Shown here piece after piece: positions 1-20,000 of a DNA stretch of 64,000 nucleotides. The DNA is from the human T2T-CHM13v2.0 reference genome, Homo sapiens, in the NCBI RefSeq assembly GCF_009914755.1, contig NC_060939.1, one strand, 5' to 3'. The notes under the pieces are model-generated. The model was not told where the DNA came from, did not search any database, and was given only the letters and a program-made list of their open reading frames with translations. The position numbers and the translations under genes are program-made. The first letter of the stretch is position 1. Each line of letters opens with the position of its first letter.

Positions 1-155
1 CTAATGCTAGATGACGAGTTAGTGGGTGCAGCGCACCAGCATGGCACATGTATACATATGTAACTAACCTGCACAATGTGCACATGTACCCTGAAACTTA
101 AAGTATAATAAAAAAAAAAAGGAATAATGATTGAAGAAACAGAAGAAAAAAAAAA
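1..155 (+). mobile_element. 3' end and poly(A) of a young LINE-1 (L1PA2-grade); body lies upstream of the window
   Basis: Positions 1-110 match 55141-55250 except for 2 bases; carries the GAG 3'UTR diagnostic (atgacGAGttagtggg), not the L1HS-Ta ACA; A-tracts at 110-120 and 146-155. Confidence 0.93.
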
Positions 156-913
156 GAAATATGTAGCAATTTCTGTCTGACTTTTTTGCTTTTTCATATC
201 TCTGAAAATGTTTCTATATGATACCAATTCTTCCACAGTTTGCTGCAGTTATAGTCCCTGTATCGTTGAAGCGTTCATGTAGTAAAAGAAACCAAAAGCA
301 GTATTGAATAATTAGTACCCTTCTGCCAGATTGTCTAATGTCAATGTGTTTTCCGGCACTGCTTCTTCTACGTCTTCCTCCTCATCGTCTGGCACTGGTT
401 CTGAAGCAGTTAACTCTCTCAAGTCCTCTTCTGTAAATTCCTCTGGTTTGGTGTCTGTTAGCTCTTAAATTTCTCCAAGATCTGTATCTTGAAACTCTTC
501 ACTCCCCACCTTTTTTGTCGTAGCCACAATCTCTTTCATGATTTTCTTGATTGGCTTTGTCATAAATCCTGTGAGGTCATGTACAACATCTGGAAAATAC
601 ATTTCTCTAGCAGGAATTTATAGTTTTGGGCCTGATGACTTTCATGATTTTCTAAAACAACGTCAACTTCAATGGTGCAATCATTTCAGACTTCCATGAT
701 GTTCTCTCTATCAGAGTTCTTTTTCATAGTATTGACAATCTTTTCCACAGAGTTTCATATGTTATAAACCTTAAAAGTCTTTATGGTCCCCTGATATAGA
801 GGCTGAATTAGATACATTGTGTTTGGGACCAAGTATACCACTTCAACACTTTCAGTGTTGAACTCATGAGGTGCTGAGTGGCCAGGGGTATTGTCCAATA
901 TCAAAAGAACTTT
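156..913 (-). mobile_element. Tigger2-family (TcMar-Tigger) DNA transposon, decayed transposase C-terminal/DDE part
   Basis: Minus strand reads as degenerate pogo-type transposase (KVLLILDN.PGH, L.PNT.SLIQPL.QG, EPVPDDEEEDVEEAVPEN.LTLDNLAEG); continues at 4955 after the L1. Confidence 0.8.
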
Positions 914-4954
<4,041 letters not shown>

Positions 4955-5670
4955 AAAAAGGCAATCTCTTACTGCCAAGGTACTTCCTGACTTCAGAGAC
5001 AAAGCATCAATGGAACCAATCCAGAAAAAGGATTCTAATTGTCCAGTCCTTCTTATTGTACAACCAAAAGATGGGCAGCTGTTGTTTATCTTTCTTCTTC
5101 AGTGCTCAGGGGTTAGCACTTTATATAAGAGATAATGGCAGTCCTGATCATCAACCCTATTGCGTTTTCACAAAACAGTAGAGAGCCTATCCTTTCCTGC
5201 CTTAAATCCTGGAATTTGTTTCTCTTCCTGTTAAGTATCCATTGTGGCATTTTGTTTTTTCCAGATAGGGTACCTTGATGTGCATTAAAAACCTGTTCAG
5301 GCAGATATCATTTCACCTCAGTGATTTTCTTAATGACATCTAGAAACTCATCTAATGACTCTTGGTTGGCAGAAGCTTATCTTGACATTTTTTTTTAAAG
5401 GCAAATGTCTTTCTGAAATTATCAAACCATCCTTTCCTGGCATCAGAGTCTCCAGCTTTAGATAAAATAGGCTAGTGTCTACCTGTATTTCATTCATTCA
5501 TGACATATCTAACTTTTTCTTACTTTTTTGATATTTCTAGGCTGTGCAATGAATCTGAATTTTTTAAAATTGTCACAAACCTACAAAATATTTTTCAATA
5601 TAGCTATTGAAAAAATCCACACATAAGTGGACTCATCCAGTTCAAACTCATGTGGTTCAACGGTCAACTG
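4955..5670 (-). mobile_element. Tigger2-family transposon, 5' part with terminal inverted repeat (internally deleted)
   Basis: Minus strand QLPIFWLYNKK.WT...FLDWFH and KGWFDNFR (CENP-B-like HTH region); end ...gttcaaactcatgtggttcaacggtcaactg followed by TA matches the Tigger2 terminus. Confidence 0.8.
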
Positions 5671-5783
5671 TACAGCATCATGAGTCTCCAAGCTACCCAT
5701 GATAGCAATACTCAGAATAGCAAAAATCTAAAGTTTTTGAAATAACCATGGGGATTTGTTTGTGAAGCATTTTGCTAATCATG

Positions 5784-5860
5784 AGGTGACCACGTGTTCC
5801 TATTTGTTTCCTATCACCCTTGAAATTGTCCTGGGTTGCAGCTGTGTCACATGGTCACTT
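5784..5860. mobile_element. Short hAT-Blackjack MITE (MER81/MER94-like)
   Basis: Terminal inverted repeats aggtgacca ... tggtcactt around ~77 bp. Confidence 0.4.
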
Positions 5861-6504
5861 TCCTGATGCATGAGCTGTAGCCTTTATTTTACAGTATTGT
5901 TTAGTTGGTAAGTTGCATATTGTAGAGTTGGAAGTTATGTCATTCCATAGGCCCTCTTGGTGTGAGATTTTCATGACTCACCTCTCTGGGTCACACAGCA
6001 AGGCGCTTATTCCCTCTGTATTATAAATTACAGAAGCCCGCAGCTATTCAGTTGCATATTTCAGCACCCTTGAGGTAAACTTTGATGCTTCCATCTCTGG
6101 ACTCTTTCCCAGAGATACCCACCCTGGATCCCTCTAATAGTTTATCCTATTGACAGAGTGGAGCTTTTTGAATTGTACATTGATCACGTTCTTCATTTAT
6201 GGTACATTACATCATCATGGCCATTTTTCACTTCCTTCCTGTTACAGAATTACACAGCCACATCCTTGGCCCTGGAGCTTTGTAGGAACTTCCGCTAGAG
6301 TTAGCTCATTTACCGGCTCCATTGATGTTGATTTCCTCCATGTATCTTGCTGGGGTTCGTGTAACACTAGTGTGCCTCTGCATGTCGATTCACCATGCTT
6401 GTGTGGTTTGCTTGCCTTTTCCACTCTTATGAAATGCCGTGAGGAAAGCCTGCCTACCTCTCCACTCTGGACCCAAAATAAAAACACTAAAGCTGATTCG
6501 AAAC

Positions 6505-6630
6505 CAACTGGTTCAGCCTAAGTCAGCTGAACTGCAACCAACCTATAGGCATGTGAGCATGAAAATTAAGTTTTCAGTTTTAAGTCACTGAGATTTTGAG
6601 GTTGTCTTGCAACAAAATATTGACTAACCA
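6505..6630 (+). mobile_element. MLT1-type MaLR LTR 3' fragment
   Basis: Typical end ttttaagtcactgagattttgaggttgtcttgcaacaaaatattgactaac. Confidence 0.55.
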
Positions 6631-7049
6631 TTCCTTATTTCCCAGTCTCTTGCTTAAAATGTTCACTAATTTCTCCTTGCTTAAAAGGTTGTGGCTCACA
6701 GGACTGACATGGTTTGGTGCCAAACTCTCTCTTCTCTGCAGACATTGGCTTCCTTTCAGCTCCTTGTACTCTCTACCTTTCCTTCTACCACTTGCCTTCT
6801 GAATTTCTGCCACTGGATATTTACACATCTGTCCTCTCTACCTAGAACTTTGTCCCTTCTCATCTTTTCCCAATTAATTTTTCATCCTCCTCTTTTTAGT
6901 TTAAGAGTCAAGAATCTTAAGAACCTTTTCTTGGCCCACCTAAAAACAGTAAAGTATTTCTGTTGTTGGTGCTTGTGGTTGCAAGCACCCCTCCTCTGTA
7001 CACTTGTTAGTGGTGCCACAGGCTGTATGACTATTGATTAGAGTAGATC

Positions 7050-7185
7050 ATCCTCACTAGTCTGTAACTTGCTGAGGTCAGAGGTCTGGGTATTTTTTGT
7101 AACTCTTCTATCCCTAGTGCTGAGCACAGTGCAAGGTGTAGACAAAGAGCCCAATTAACGTTTGCTGAATGGATTGAATTGATGA
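7050..7185 (+). mobile_element. L2 3' end fragment
   Basis: ctagtctgtaacttgctgagg...ccctagtgctgagcacagtg...tttgctgaatg resembles the L2 3' terminus. Confidence 0.55.
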
Positions 7186-7459
7186 GTTATGCTCCCTGGT
7201 AGGCACCCTGTCTCATTCATGACCGCACTCAACCTTAGCCTCATTGCCTATAGATAGGATTGAGAGTAGATTTGGCATTGGTGATTTTGAATGGTAATAA
7301 AGTTTTCCTACCAGCTGATTCAAAATGCTCAATTTACCATCACTTATCAAATTGTTATTAATTCCTGTAAGTATATTTTACCTTAAATGACCACGAATAT
7401 GTAGAACCTTTGAAGCACTATGAAAATTAAAGATCTTAGATGCCGCATGTCTGTCTTTT

Positions 7460-7640
7460 AAAGCCCAGCTCTCCATTCTTTAGCAAGAAAAATTAGCAAG
7501 AGTTGTTTATCTCTCCTAGCCTCAGTTTCCAATGAAGCCCACTTCTCAAGGCCACTGGAAGTGTTTCATGGGAGAGAAAGCAAATGAAAGAACACATTGT
7601 GAACTGTGAAATGCTGTCTGGTGTAAGCTATCTGCAGTAG
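7460..7640 (+). mobile_element. MIR SINE fragment
   Basis: Core-like cccagctctcca...agcaagagttgtttatctctcctagcctcagtttcc. Confidence 0.5.
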
Positions 7641-8814
7641 TCTAGGGTGTTCTGGTGAGATTACACCTTTCTCCCAATCTCAGTTAAACTTTCTGTTTAA
7701 TTTGCATTTTTAAGATGATTGAATCTTACTTTTGATGCCAACCTTTATTTATTGATTGATTTATTTTAGAAGAACAAGTGGATTAAGGGAATTTTGGAGG
7801 GAATAGGAGCTTAGGGATGGAGAGCCAGTTGTGTTGCTGCTGCTCTGTCGCAGGATCCCTGCTTATCACTGGGCCTTGGAGCGAGTTAGCCCGGCACAGA
7901 GAACTTATCTTTCTTTCTTTCTTTCTTTTTTTTTTTTTTTTTACATTTCCTGCTTCAGCTCCACGTGGAGAGAAGGTGCACCTAGGGTCTGTGTGATGTC
8001 TCCCATATCCCTGGCAAGGTGAGCTGCTCTCTGACTCACAGGATTCACTGATTAGTGCCACTGGGTGGCTGAGACTTGGCTACCAGCTTCCGTCTCCCCA
8101 GTCAGCTTTTAAAAAACTTTTCTTCTCCTCACTTGGATGGTCTCAATACCCAGGACAAAAGTTGCCACTGAACCTTTAATTACTGAAGGATATTTTCCTC
8201 TCTGACTGGGAAGAAAGCATAGACCTCCAAATTTAATCCTCTCTTTGGCAGCCGGTGCACAAGCTTCTCCATTAATTAATCTTTCATGTCATTAATTGGC
8301 TGTCTGTGTGATGACAGGGAAAGGAGGTAAACACTGTTTGAAAATCAATTGAATTCTCATCTGAACCAGCATTTAGTTTTCTGAGTAGATAAAAACAATT
8401 ACAAGCCTTTCACTGGCTGGGCTTCCAGGGTCCAGCTGATAAGCTTATTGAACCAAAGTAATATTCAGGCAACAATCTCTGTTTGCAGATGTGCTAATTG
8501 GAGATTTTCTTCACCCTCACCATCAGTGTCCCCTTTGAAATTGGCTCATTGGTTTGATGTGGATCAGGGATGAGATCAGAAAGCCAATATCATAGGGCCA
8601 CAGTTTTCTTCCCCGTACTCATTTATTTCTCTTCATGTTGATTTTGCCACCATGGTCTATTTGAATCGGCATCTCTAAGAGGTGATGTCTGATCTTAAAT
8701 ATGATCCAGATATACTCTTCTTCTGAACTCCCATTTCAAGCAGACTGAAGGTGGAGCCATTTTGGGGCTACCTGTTGTGCCTACAATCACGGTAGGGACT
8801 TAGTGTGGTATACA

Positions 8815-9322
<508 letters not shown>

Positions 9323-10280
9323 TACAGAGCAAGACTGTGTTCACTGAGGAGATCAGCTCAATGAGGAAAAGTGTAACAGATGACTTACTTTCATGGGGTG
9401 ACTCCACTTGACTCCCCGATAAAATGTTGTGAGAACTAAATTACTTTTCCCTGGCCTCACATGCTTCCGGAACATTTGGCTTCAAGCAGCTTCTGAACTC
9501 TGACAGTAGAAATGGTTACCTTAATTTCTTCAATTTCTGATGTCATTCTTAGTTTAGTGAGGTAAATAATGAGGGCCAGGGAGCTAGTCTCTAAAGAAAG
9601 AGGACGTAGAGGGCGAGGCGAGTTGTTCCACGTGAGGGAAAGAATTCTCCCAGGTGGAAAATGGCACTGTGCTAAGGAAAGGGGAGGGAGTTAGGGTCAA
9701 TCTTGGAAAATTGTAATATTCCCCAGCCTATGTGAAAGGTGCACAAAGAAGCCATGGCTGTTCTGCTGACTGACAGTGGAGAGCTGGAAGGTGAGCTACT
9801 GCCCTCTGAACGGGAGATGCAAACACCCGAGTCTTCCTCTGTCTGTGGGGACCACAGAAACTTGGCAAAGTCATTCTGGAAGGGAGCAGACAGAAAGTCT
9901 AGGAGAACTAACTGTTCTCTCAGATGAGGAAACCAAAACTCAGAGTTTACTTCAGTGTTGTTACAGTTCTCCCTAAAATCCTTCTCTAGGCTTGCTGAAC
10001 CATGCTTACATCTGAGTCTTTGTGAATGTCTCAGGACCCAATGCCAATGTTGCATTTGCAGTCCTTAACCAGGTAGGACATAATGCTTTAGGCGCCCAAC
10101 AGGCAGGGGCAAGAGCCATGTAGCTCTCTGTTACAGGTTGATGATGGAGGAGTTTGGGCACAGGCAATAATTTCAGTATTTATCTATTTTGGGCAAATTG
10201 TTAGAGAGCTAAGGACTGCTGGGTTTTCCGGGACAGATTGTTGAATGGGATAAGTTAATAGCAAGTGAGAATAGGCATCT

Positions 10281-10985
10281 TTTAAAAAAAAATTATTTTA
10301 AGTTCCAGGGTACATGTGCAGGACATGCAGGTTTGTTACATAGGTAAGTGTGTACCATGGTGGTTTGCTGTACCTATCAACCCCTCACCTAGGTATTAAG
10401 CCCCACATGTATTAGCTATTATTCCTGATGCTTTCCCTCCCCCTTCCCCACACCCGACAGGCCCCAGTGTGTGTTGTTCCCCTCCCCGTGTCTGTGTGTT
10501 CTCATTGTTCAGCTCCCACTTACAAGCAAGAACAAGTGATGTTTGGTTTTCTCTTCCTGCATTAGTTTGCTGAGGATAATGGTTTCCAGCTTCATCCATG
10601 TTCCTGCAAAGGACATGATCTCGTCCCTCTTTATGGCTCTGTAATATTCCATGGTGTGTATGTACCACATTTTCTTTATTCAGTGTATCGTTGGTGGGCA
10701 TTTGGGTTGATTCCATGTCTTTGCTCTTGTGAATAGTGCTGCAGTGAACATATGCGTGCATGTATCTGTATAATAGAATGATCTATGTTCCTTTGGGTAT
10801 ATACCCAGTAATGGGATTGCTGGCTCAAGTAGTATTTCTGGTTTGGGTCTTTGAGGAATCACCACACTGTCTTCCACAATAGTTGAACTAATTTGCAATC
10901 CCACCAACAGTGTAAAGGTGTTCCTGTCTCTCCACAGCCTCACCAGCATCTGTTGTTTCTTGACTTTTTAGTAATTGTCATTCTG
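10281..10985 (-). mobile_element. Older primate L1 3' end (about L1PA10-13 grade)
   Basis: ORF 10680-10949 resembles the ORF2 C-terminus ([12 protein letters not shown]...[14 protein letters not shown]), followed by an older L1PA 3'UTR. Confidence 0.85.
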
Positions 10986-11404
10986 CCTTCTTATATGCTG
11001 CTAAACTTAGAATCTTGAAATTCTTCTTATTATACTCCTCCTCTTTCTTCTCCTCCTTATCTTGATTTTCTCCCTCTTCTTTTTTCTCCTCCTCTTTCTT
11101 CTTTTTGTAATTGCAAAAGACTTTCTTGGATACAAATAGAGAAGAATAAGATCTCTATATAAACTCCTTCCCAGGAAATAAATTATTCTTGCCTTATGTT
11201 TACATAACTCATGAAAATTTTTGCATGAAAGCTCACTTAAATACAGGAGTCCTGTGGCAAATTATTTTCCTAAAGCTAAGAAAAAACCAAATTTATAAAC
11301 ATCCATATATGTTACAGAGAGCGTTTGCTTTGTTTGCACAGTACATGTTAACTGAAATATGTAACTGTCAGAACCATGTCCTCAATTTGCATGGTCTCGT
11401 GGTA

Positions 11405-13745
<2,341 letters not shown>

Positions 13746-15144
13746 CCAGAAGGAAAATCAGGGTCGCATCACCAGAAGAAAGTGGGATGATTGCTGGATG
13801 GCCAAAAGTAACAAGTGTCTAACACTTACATTTTCCCTAGGGAGTATTTTCTTTTCTCTTCTTGAGAAGCATATTTTCTGTACATGAGATATTATGAATA
13901 TATATAAACTCTTCCATATATCCTAGTCCAGGCAACTCTTCCATAAATCTCATAAACTCTTAGGATGGTTCACATTTAACAACTACTATTATGTGTGTTT
14001 GTGGGTGTGTCTCTCTCTCTTTTTCTTCTTATTTACATATCGAGCCACCCTTTGGATTTCAATAGAAGTAAACCACTTTGCATTGGAATTTTTCTGTTTA
14101 CTTGTTTTTGCTTATGGAGGAAGACTCTCTAAGTTAATTATGCTTGCTTTTCCAAGAGAATAATATGCTCTCGTCTGGGATAATTAGGCTGTCTAATTAA
14201 CCTTAAAAAAAGGAAAACATAACTTTATAGTGGCTATATCCCCTTCGTTAAGTTAGTTTGGCTTGTCTTAACTGGCATAGTTAATATTGCTTATTTGCAT
14301 ATCATTTCCCATGGTATTCAGCACCATAACTTGTAATGAAAACACATTTTAGAGTACACTGGAGATTGACTTAATGGAATTGACTACATTACAAGGAGAG
14401 AATCTTCCAGTGGGCCACGGCTCTATCTTCATATTTACTGCAAGGCACTCAAAGGTACAACTTAAAGTGGGAAAAGCTTTTCGTGTAATCATTTTTTAAT
14501 AATTAGCTTAGGAATAATTTGGAAGCTATCATTTGCAGCACGTTAATAATGTAAAGTAAGCTATTTCTGGAAATGTTAATGGAAAGCAAGCTCCTTGGAG
14601 ATTGTGGGGAGTTAAAAGATCTGTAAGAATGGCTATTAATTATGGCCCAAAGCCCTCTTTCTGTTATTAGGGAACACAGTTATAAAGCAAGATAATGCTG
14701 TATTCAGTTTTCACAGCACCTCTCCCATTAGACACAGGGATATTCTCAGCTGGCATGAAATTTAGGCATTGGTAAAAGCAGGCATCTCTGCCTGTATCCC
14801 TGTTGTGACTGCCTCCAGTTTTCTATGACTTAATGAGGGGATATGCAACAAATACTTAGAATTAAATTAGCAAATATATCATATTCAAGCATTCCAGTAT
14901 TGAAACAGCTAAAATAACTATATTTTTCAAGACCTGATTTTTTTTCTACTATATGAAAGAAGAACACACATTTCACAGTATCAGTGCAGAAATGCACACA
15001 CCAGAATCCATGTTAACACTTTGGTGTCACCTGCCGACTTACGGCAGGACTGAGTGTTCTCAGCCTCAACCCTGCCCTCTTCTCAGCACTTCCCATCTCA
15101 ACCCATCCAATCATTTTGAGAGCTACATTTGACATGCCTTGTAA

Positions 15145-15658
<514 letters not shown>

Positions 15659-16749
15659 TAACAGAGCTATTTTTATTTAGTGCTTCCTGTCCTAAGTCAG
15701 GCTTGCTTGTGTCAGAAAAATGCACCAAGCATTAGCTGGAGGTTTAACATTTTGCATGAAAAATACATTATGGTTTAATAGAGAGCTTACAAGAAACTTA
15801 CAGTTTTCCTTTTAGTTGTGAAGACAGAAAGGAGAAAGGGATTGACAACAGCTTTTGGACTATGTTGCTTACCTCCTCCTCCAACTATTTTTGTATGAAA
15901 TTACTGTGAATCCTTCTTTCATGCATGTTTTGATCTGATATTGATCTGCTTCATGGGTATGCTTTTTTAAAGAACAGAGCTCCTTCAGAATCAACCCATA
16001 TTTGTTCTTTCTTTCATCTGCTTAGTTGCACTGAAGATACACCAAAAACTAATTAGAGTTTGTTATGTGAAAAAAGTTCTAACAAGCTTGCCAACAACGG
16101 CATTGTCTAGTCTTATTGCAGACATGTCAGTGGCTGTACATGTGTGAAATGAACTCTATTGGGCTGGATTCCTCCCTGTCTGCCTATTCTTATCTTTGGA
16201 CTGCATTCCCCGTCATACAACACACTAAAAGCCACTATCAAGGGCTTACTGTAATACCTGTGACACTTTCAGTGTCCTTTTGATGGTTCTTCAAATGCTC
16301 TGTTAGCAGGGATCAGCAAATCAGATTTAATAGCCTATGAGATTTATCCCAAGCAAATGAAATTTGACTGAAAAAAATCCTCTTCTTGGCTCTGAAGAAT
16401 GAATGTGTGGCTGTGGGACACAGATTTTGCTGGGAGAAAGGGGCCCTGCGGTATCGTACCCAGAGCAGTTACAGCACCCGCTGCAGGAGCACGCATCAGT
16501 GTACAGTCTATATTAGAACGAAGAGTGGCTTAGGAGAGAAATGAGAGGTGAAAAACTGAAAACGCCAGTCCATCAATTACCATCAAGAAAGGGCTAATTT
16601 CAGAGTCCTTTCAAACATTTTTTTTGGGTAGTTGTTGTTTTAAAACCAATAGGTATTACTCCTTGGTATTGTTTGACTAAAGTAAGAATAGGGGAAAAAT
16701 ACCAAAAAAAAAAATCAGTTGTTGAGATTGTAGATACATATTTACACAT

Positions 16750-16880
16750 TCATCCATTCAGTACAGGTATATTTAACACCTGCTATTTCCAGGTGCTGAA
16801 GGTCTTATAGTAAGTAAGACAGACAGGTCTCTACTTTCATGGAGTTGAGTCCACTGAGGAAGAAAAACAATGAGGAACAA
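16750..16880 (-). mobile_element. L2 3' fragment
   Basis: cattcatccattcag...tatttaacacctgctatttccaggtgctg...taagacagacaggtctctactttcatggag. Confidence 0.55.
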
Positions 16881-16929
16881 ATATACAATATTGGTTCAAC
16901 CAGTATTTATAAATTAAATAAATATAAAT

Positions 16930-17068
16930 TTTAGCATCAACTAGGGTGCTCTAAGTTATCTTATTTATACGTTTATTTGTATGTTGGTTGAACATACAAA
17001 AAAAGGTTGGCTGAACATACAAGTAAATGCATAAGTAAAACAATTTAGAGCACCTAGTAGATGCTAAA
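16930..17068. repeat. Imperfect palindrome (two ~56-bp inverted arms, 28-nt spacer)
   Basis: 16930-16985 versus reverse complement of 17014-17068: ~8 substitutions and 1 indel. Confidence 0.85.
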
Positions 17069-20000
17069 TAAATAATTGTGAACTAAATGCTATAAGAAAT
17101 AAAACCTTGATGTGATAAAGAAATTTAAGAGTAGGGAACAGATGTCACTCTCCAGAGCAGGTGGCTGCTGCCAAGGTGTCTGTTACTCATGTGTGTTTGT
17201 GGAACACCAACCATAAAATGAAAATAAAAAGCTGGGAAAAAGCCGATATTGCTGAAGAGCCCTTGATTAGCTGTAATCTCTTTTCAAAGATTAAGAACTT
17301 TCCTCTAACAAATGTCTTCATTCTTTTCTCAAGAAAGACAAACAGTAAGAAATTTTATTAAACACAGTCATACACATCAGGTTCTGCACATGTAAGAAGA
17401 CCCTGTCTTCTGGGAGTTGAATCAGTTACACAAAATCATAATTGCAAAATAACAAATGAGAGCTGTACACAGGAGATGCAAAAAGAATTGAACACTCTCA
17501 AAAATTATAAATGTAGAACTGGGGTATACGTGAACTGTTGTCACAACCAACTTGTCAGGAAGGAATTACAGCTACTGGTGTAATAGTATAAATGCATCGT
17601 GCTCATAATCACATGAATCCAGAAGCCTAATGCATCTTTCCTAAAATATCAGGGAACTTCTGTAGCTTCTGGCAGTCAACAGCATCATAATGTACAAATT
17701 CATTTCCTCAAGGCAATAACGAAAGAATGGTCCAAACTTGAGGATCCTGATATTTCTTCCTAAGAATAAGTTGATGTAGCTGATATCTGGGCCTCAAGGT
17801 GCAGGGTTGGCCTGAACATTTGGGGCAAGAAGATAGAGTCCCACAATCCATATGTCTGATTATCAACAAGTTATATATTACAGTAACAAATTTGACAAAT
17901 ATGCCATCATTTTGATGAAATATGTGCGCAGCTATGTTTTTATTTGACTCAAAGTTGACAAAATATCCAATACAACTAAACTTAATTATTGCATGTATGT
18001 AGGTGTTGTTTTGATGGGCTAGTGATGTTTGCATAAGCAATTGTTTAATTTTGCAAAAAGTTGCTCAGCCAACATGTACAGCTGTTGTGAACACTACATT
18101 AATTTGTAAAAGCTGCTGGAATAAAACATCAAGACCAAAAAGAAGCAAAAAATTGGACATGGCATTATTAGAAAATGACAACTCATATATATGCAAGAGC
18201 CCATTGCATTCATATCTGAGAAGACAGAAGAGACAAGTTAATTATTTTGTCTTTCCCTTTACCCAAGTGTTCCTGCCTGTCAATTCTTCTCCATACTCCA
18301 AAGCAGTGCATCTCCAGCTTCAGGAATGATGTAACCCAAAAAGTTTCACAGTGTTTATAAGCAGGTCCTTTTTGTCCAGGACATGGAATAAGAGATGTGA
18401 AAAAGCATTTTTCTTGAACCCAAATGGTGTAAGTCATTTGTGAGTGGATATTAGAGTTATGAGTTTGTCTGTGCAAATGCTGAGTGCCAGATCCAAGTGG
18501 CAAAGATAACTGTGTATTTTGTAACAAATATGGTTTTGGGTGTGTTTGTAACATGTGGATCCCTCTGAAGAACAGGCTATAGAGCAGAGGTCCCTCTTTC
18601 ATGATTTAAGGGGCCTAAGGGGATACTGCCTGACTGGGCACTAGGCCAAGGCAGTCTTGTGCTATAGTTATTAAGAAAATTGAGAAATATCAGGGTCACT
18701 ACAATTTGCTGTATGCTAAATATTCATATATAACCCAGTTATTGAGTAATATATTTTGACAAGTGTTCAATTCTCTTTGAATCATTCTGTATAAGGAAGG
18801 ATCCAGTCCAGAGGAGGCAATGATGATGTGTCTGTGGGAAGGTAGGGAGCTTTCCTAGAGGGCATGACCCTTGGAGTGGCTTTTTGAAGGAGTAGAAGTT
18901 AGCCAGGTGGGACAAGTTCAGAAGGGCTTTCTTGGCAAAAGAAAAAAAAGAACATACAAGGCACTGAGGTATGCTGATATTGTATGTCCAAGCAACTGCA
19001 GGTAGTTTGGTATGGTTGGGTATAGGAGAAGGGGCTGGGAGAGAAAGATGAAGGCTAACTTTATTGTCCAAGTGAAAGAAGATGAATCCTGAACGAAATG
19101 AGAGGCCAGGGAAATGCAGCAGAGGGGACGGAGTGAAAGGTGTTAGATGTAAGAGGCTCTGGGATTCTGGCTGGAAAAGTCTGTTCTGTAGTGTAATGTG
19201 CTGTGGCCTTTGGTGAAGGCAGTATGGGTTTAGCAAGATTGAGGTTAACAGATGTTTCGGTGAATCCAAGTGTGACCTTGCCTTAAGCCCTTGCCAGTAA
19301 GGTCCAGTACAACTCAGCACCTTAATCAGGAGGATGTACAGTTCATTCATGGCACAGACGCAAGGCATGAATGGAATTTTTCAAAGGCAGCAGAACCTCC
19401 TACTAGGCCGCCTTCATGTGCTCATTCTGGAATGAAAAATTAATAACCTCCTGGAATCATTCATTATAAGATTTGAGTAAAGAAAAGATAATTAAATCTT
19501 CAAGTGATGGCCTTGCTGATTCCTCTGGTGCGGCATAATTAAGATCAGCTGGCCAAGGGCGTAGGAAGGGCTCCCATCTCCCCAGAGGGGAAGCTCCATT
19601 CCGCCTCCGCCACCTGAGTGCTCAGCTTAGGATGGCTTTCGGGAGACCTGGAGGGAATTATCAGACCCAAAGTGCTGCCAGTGGGGGTGCTTTTAACCAC
19701 AGTGCTGCTCCAGTGCCCTGCAGCCTGGGTTCCCAGCAGCACCGAGGGCCTTAGCTTCCCTTTAGGGCTTTGAGTAACTCACTCTCTTTTCATATCTCAT
19801 TTACTATGTCATATTTGAATGATTTTCTATACCTTTTTCAAATCTAAAGTATAATCAAGGCAAGTTGAGAACTGCATAAACCACAGTGGCTATGACTGAA
19901 TACAAAAAGAATAGAAAGAAAGAAAAGGAAATAGTAGAATGTCAAAAGAGGAACTATTGGAAAGACTTACCCATCAAATCTTGATATTCTTCTTCTAGAT

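Noticed and set aside
1-110. Window start nearly identical to 55141-55250, suggesting a segmental duplication or circular artefact
   Set aside because: Similarity is limited to the L1 3'UTR; tails and flanks differ, so these are independent insertions
18739-19368. 209-aa minus-strand ORF (also 56388-56942, 21125-21607, 57827-58306)
   Set aside because: No recognisable domain; composition resembles translated non-coding or decayed repeat DNA; lengths are attainable by chance in 64 kb
19676-19692. CTCF-like motif tgccagtgggggtgct
   Set aside because: Mismatches at core positions; not supportable without PWM scoring or ChIP data
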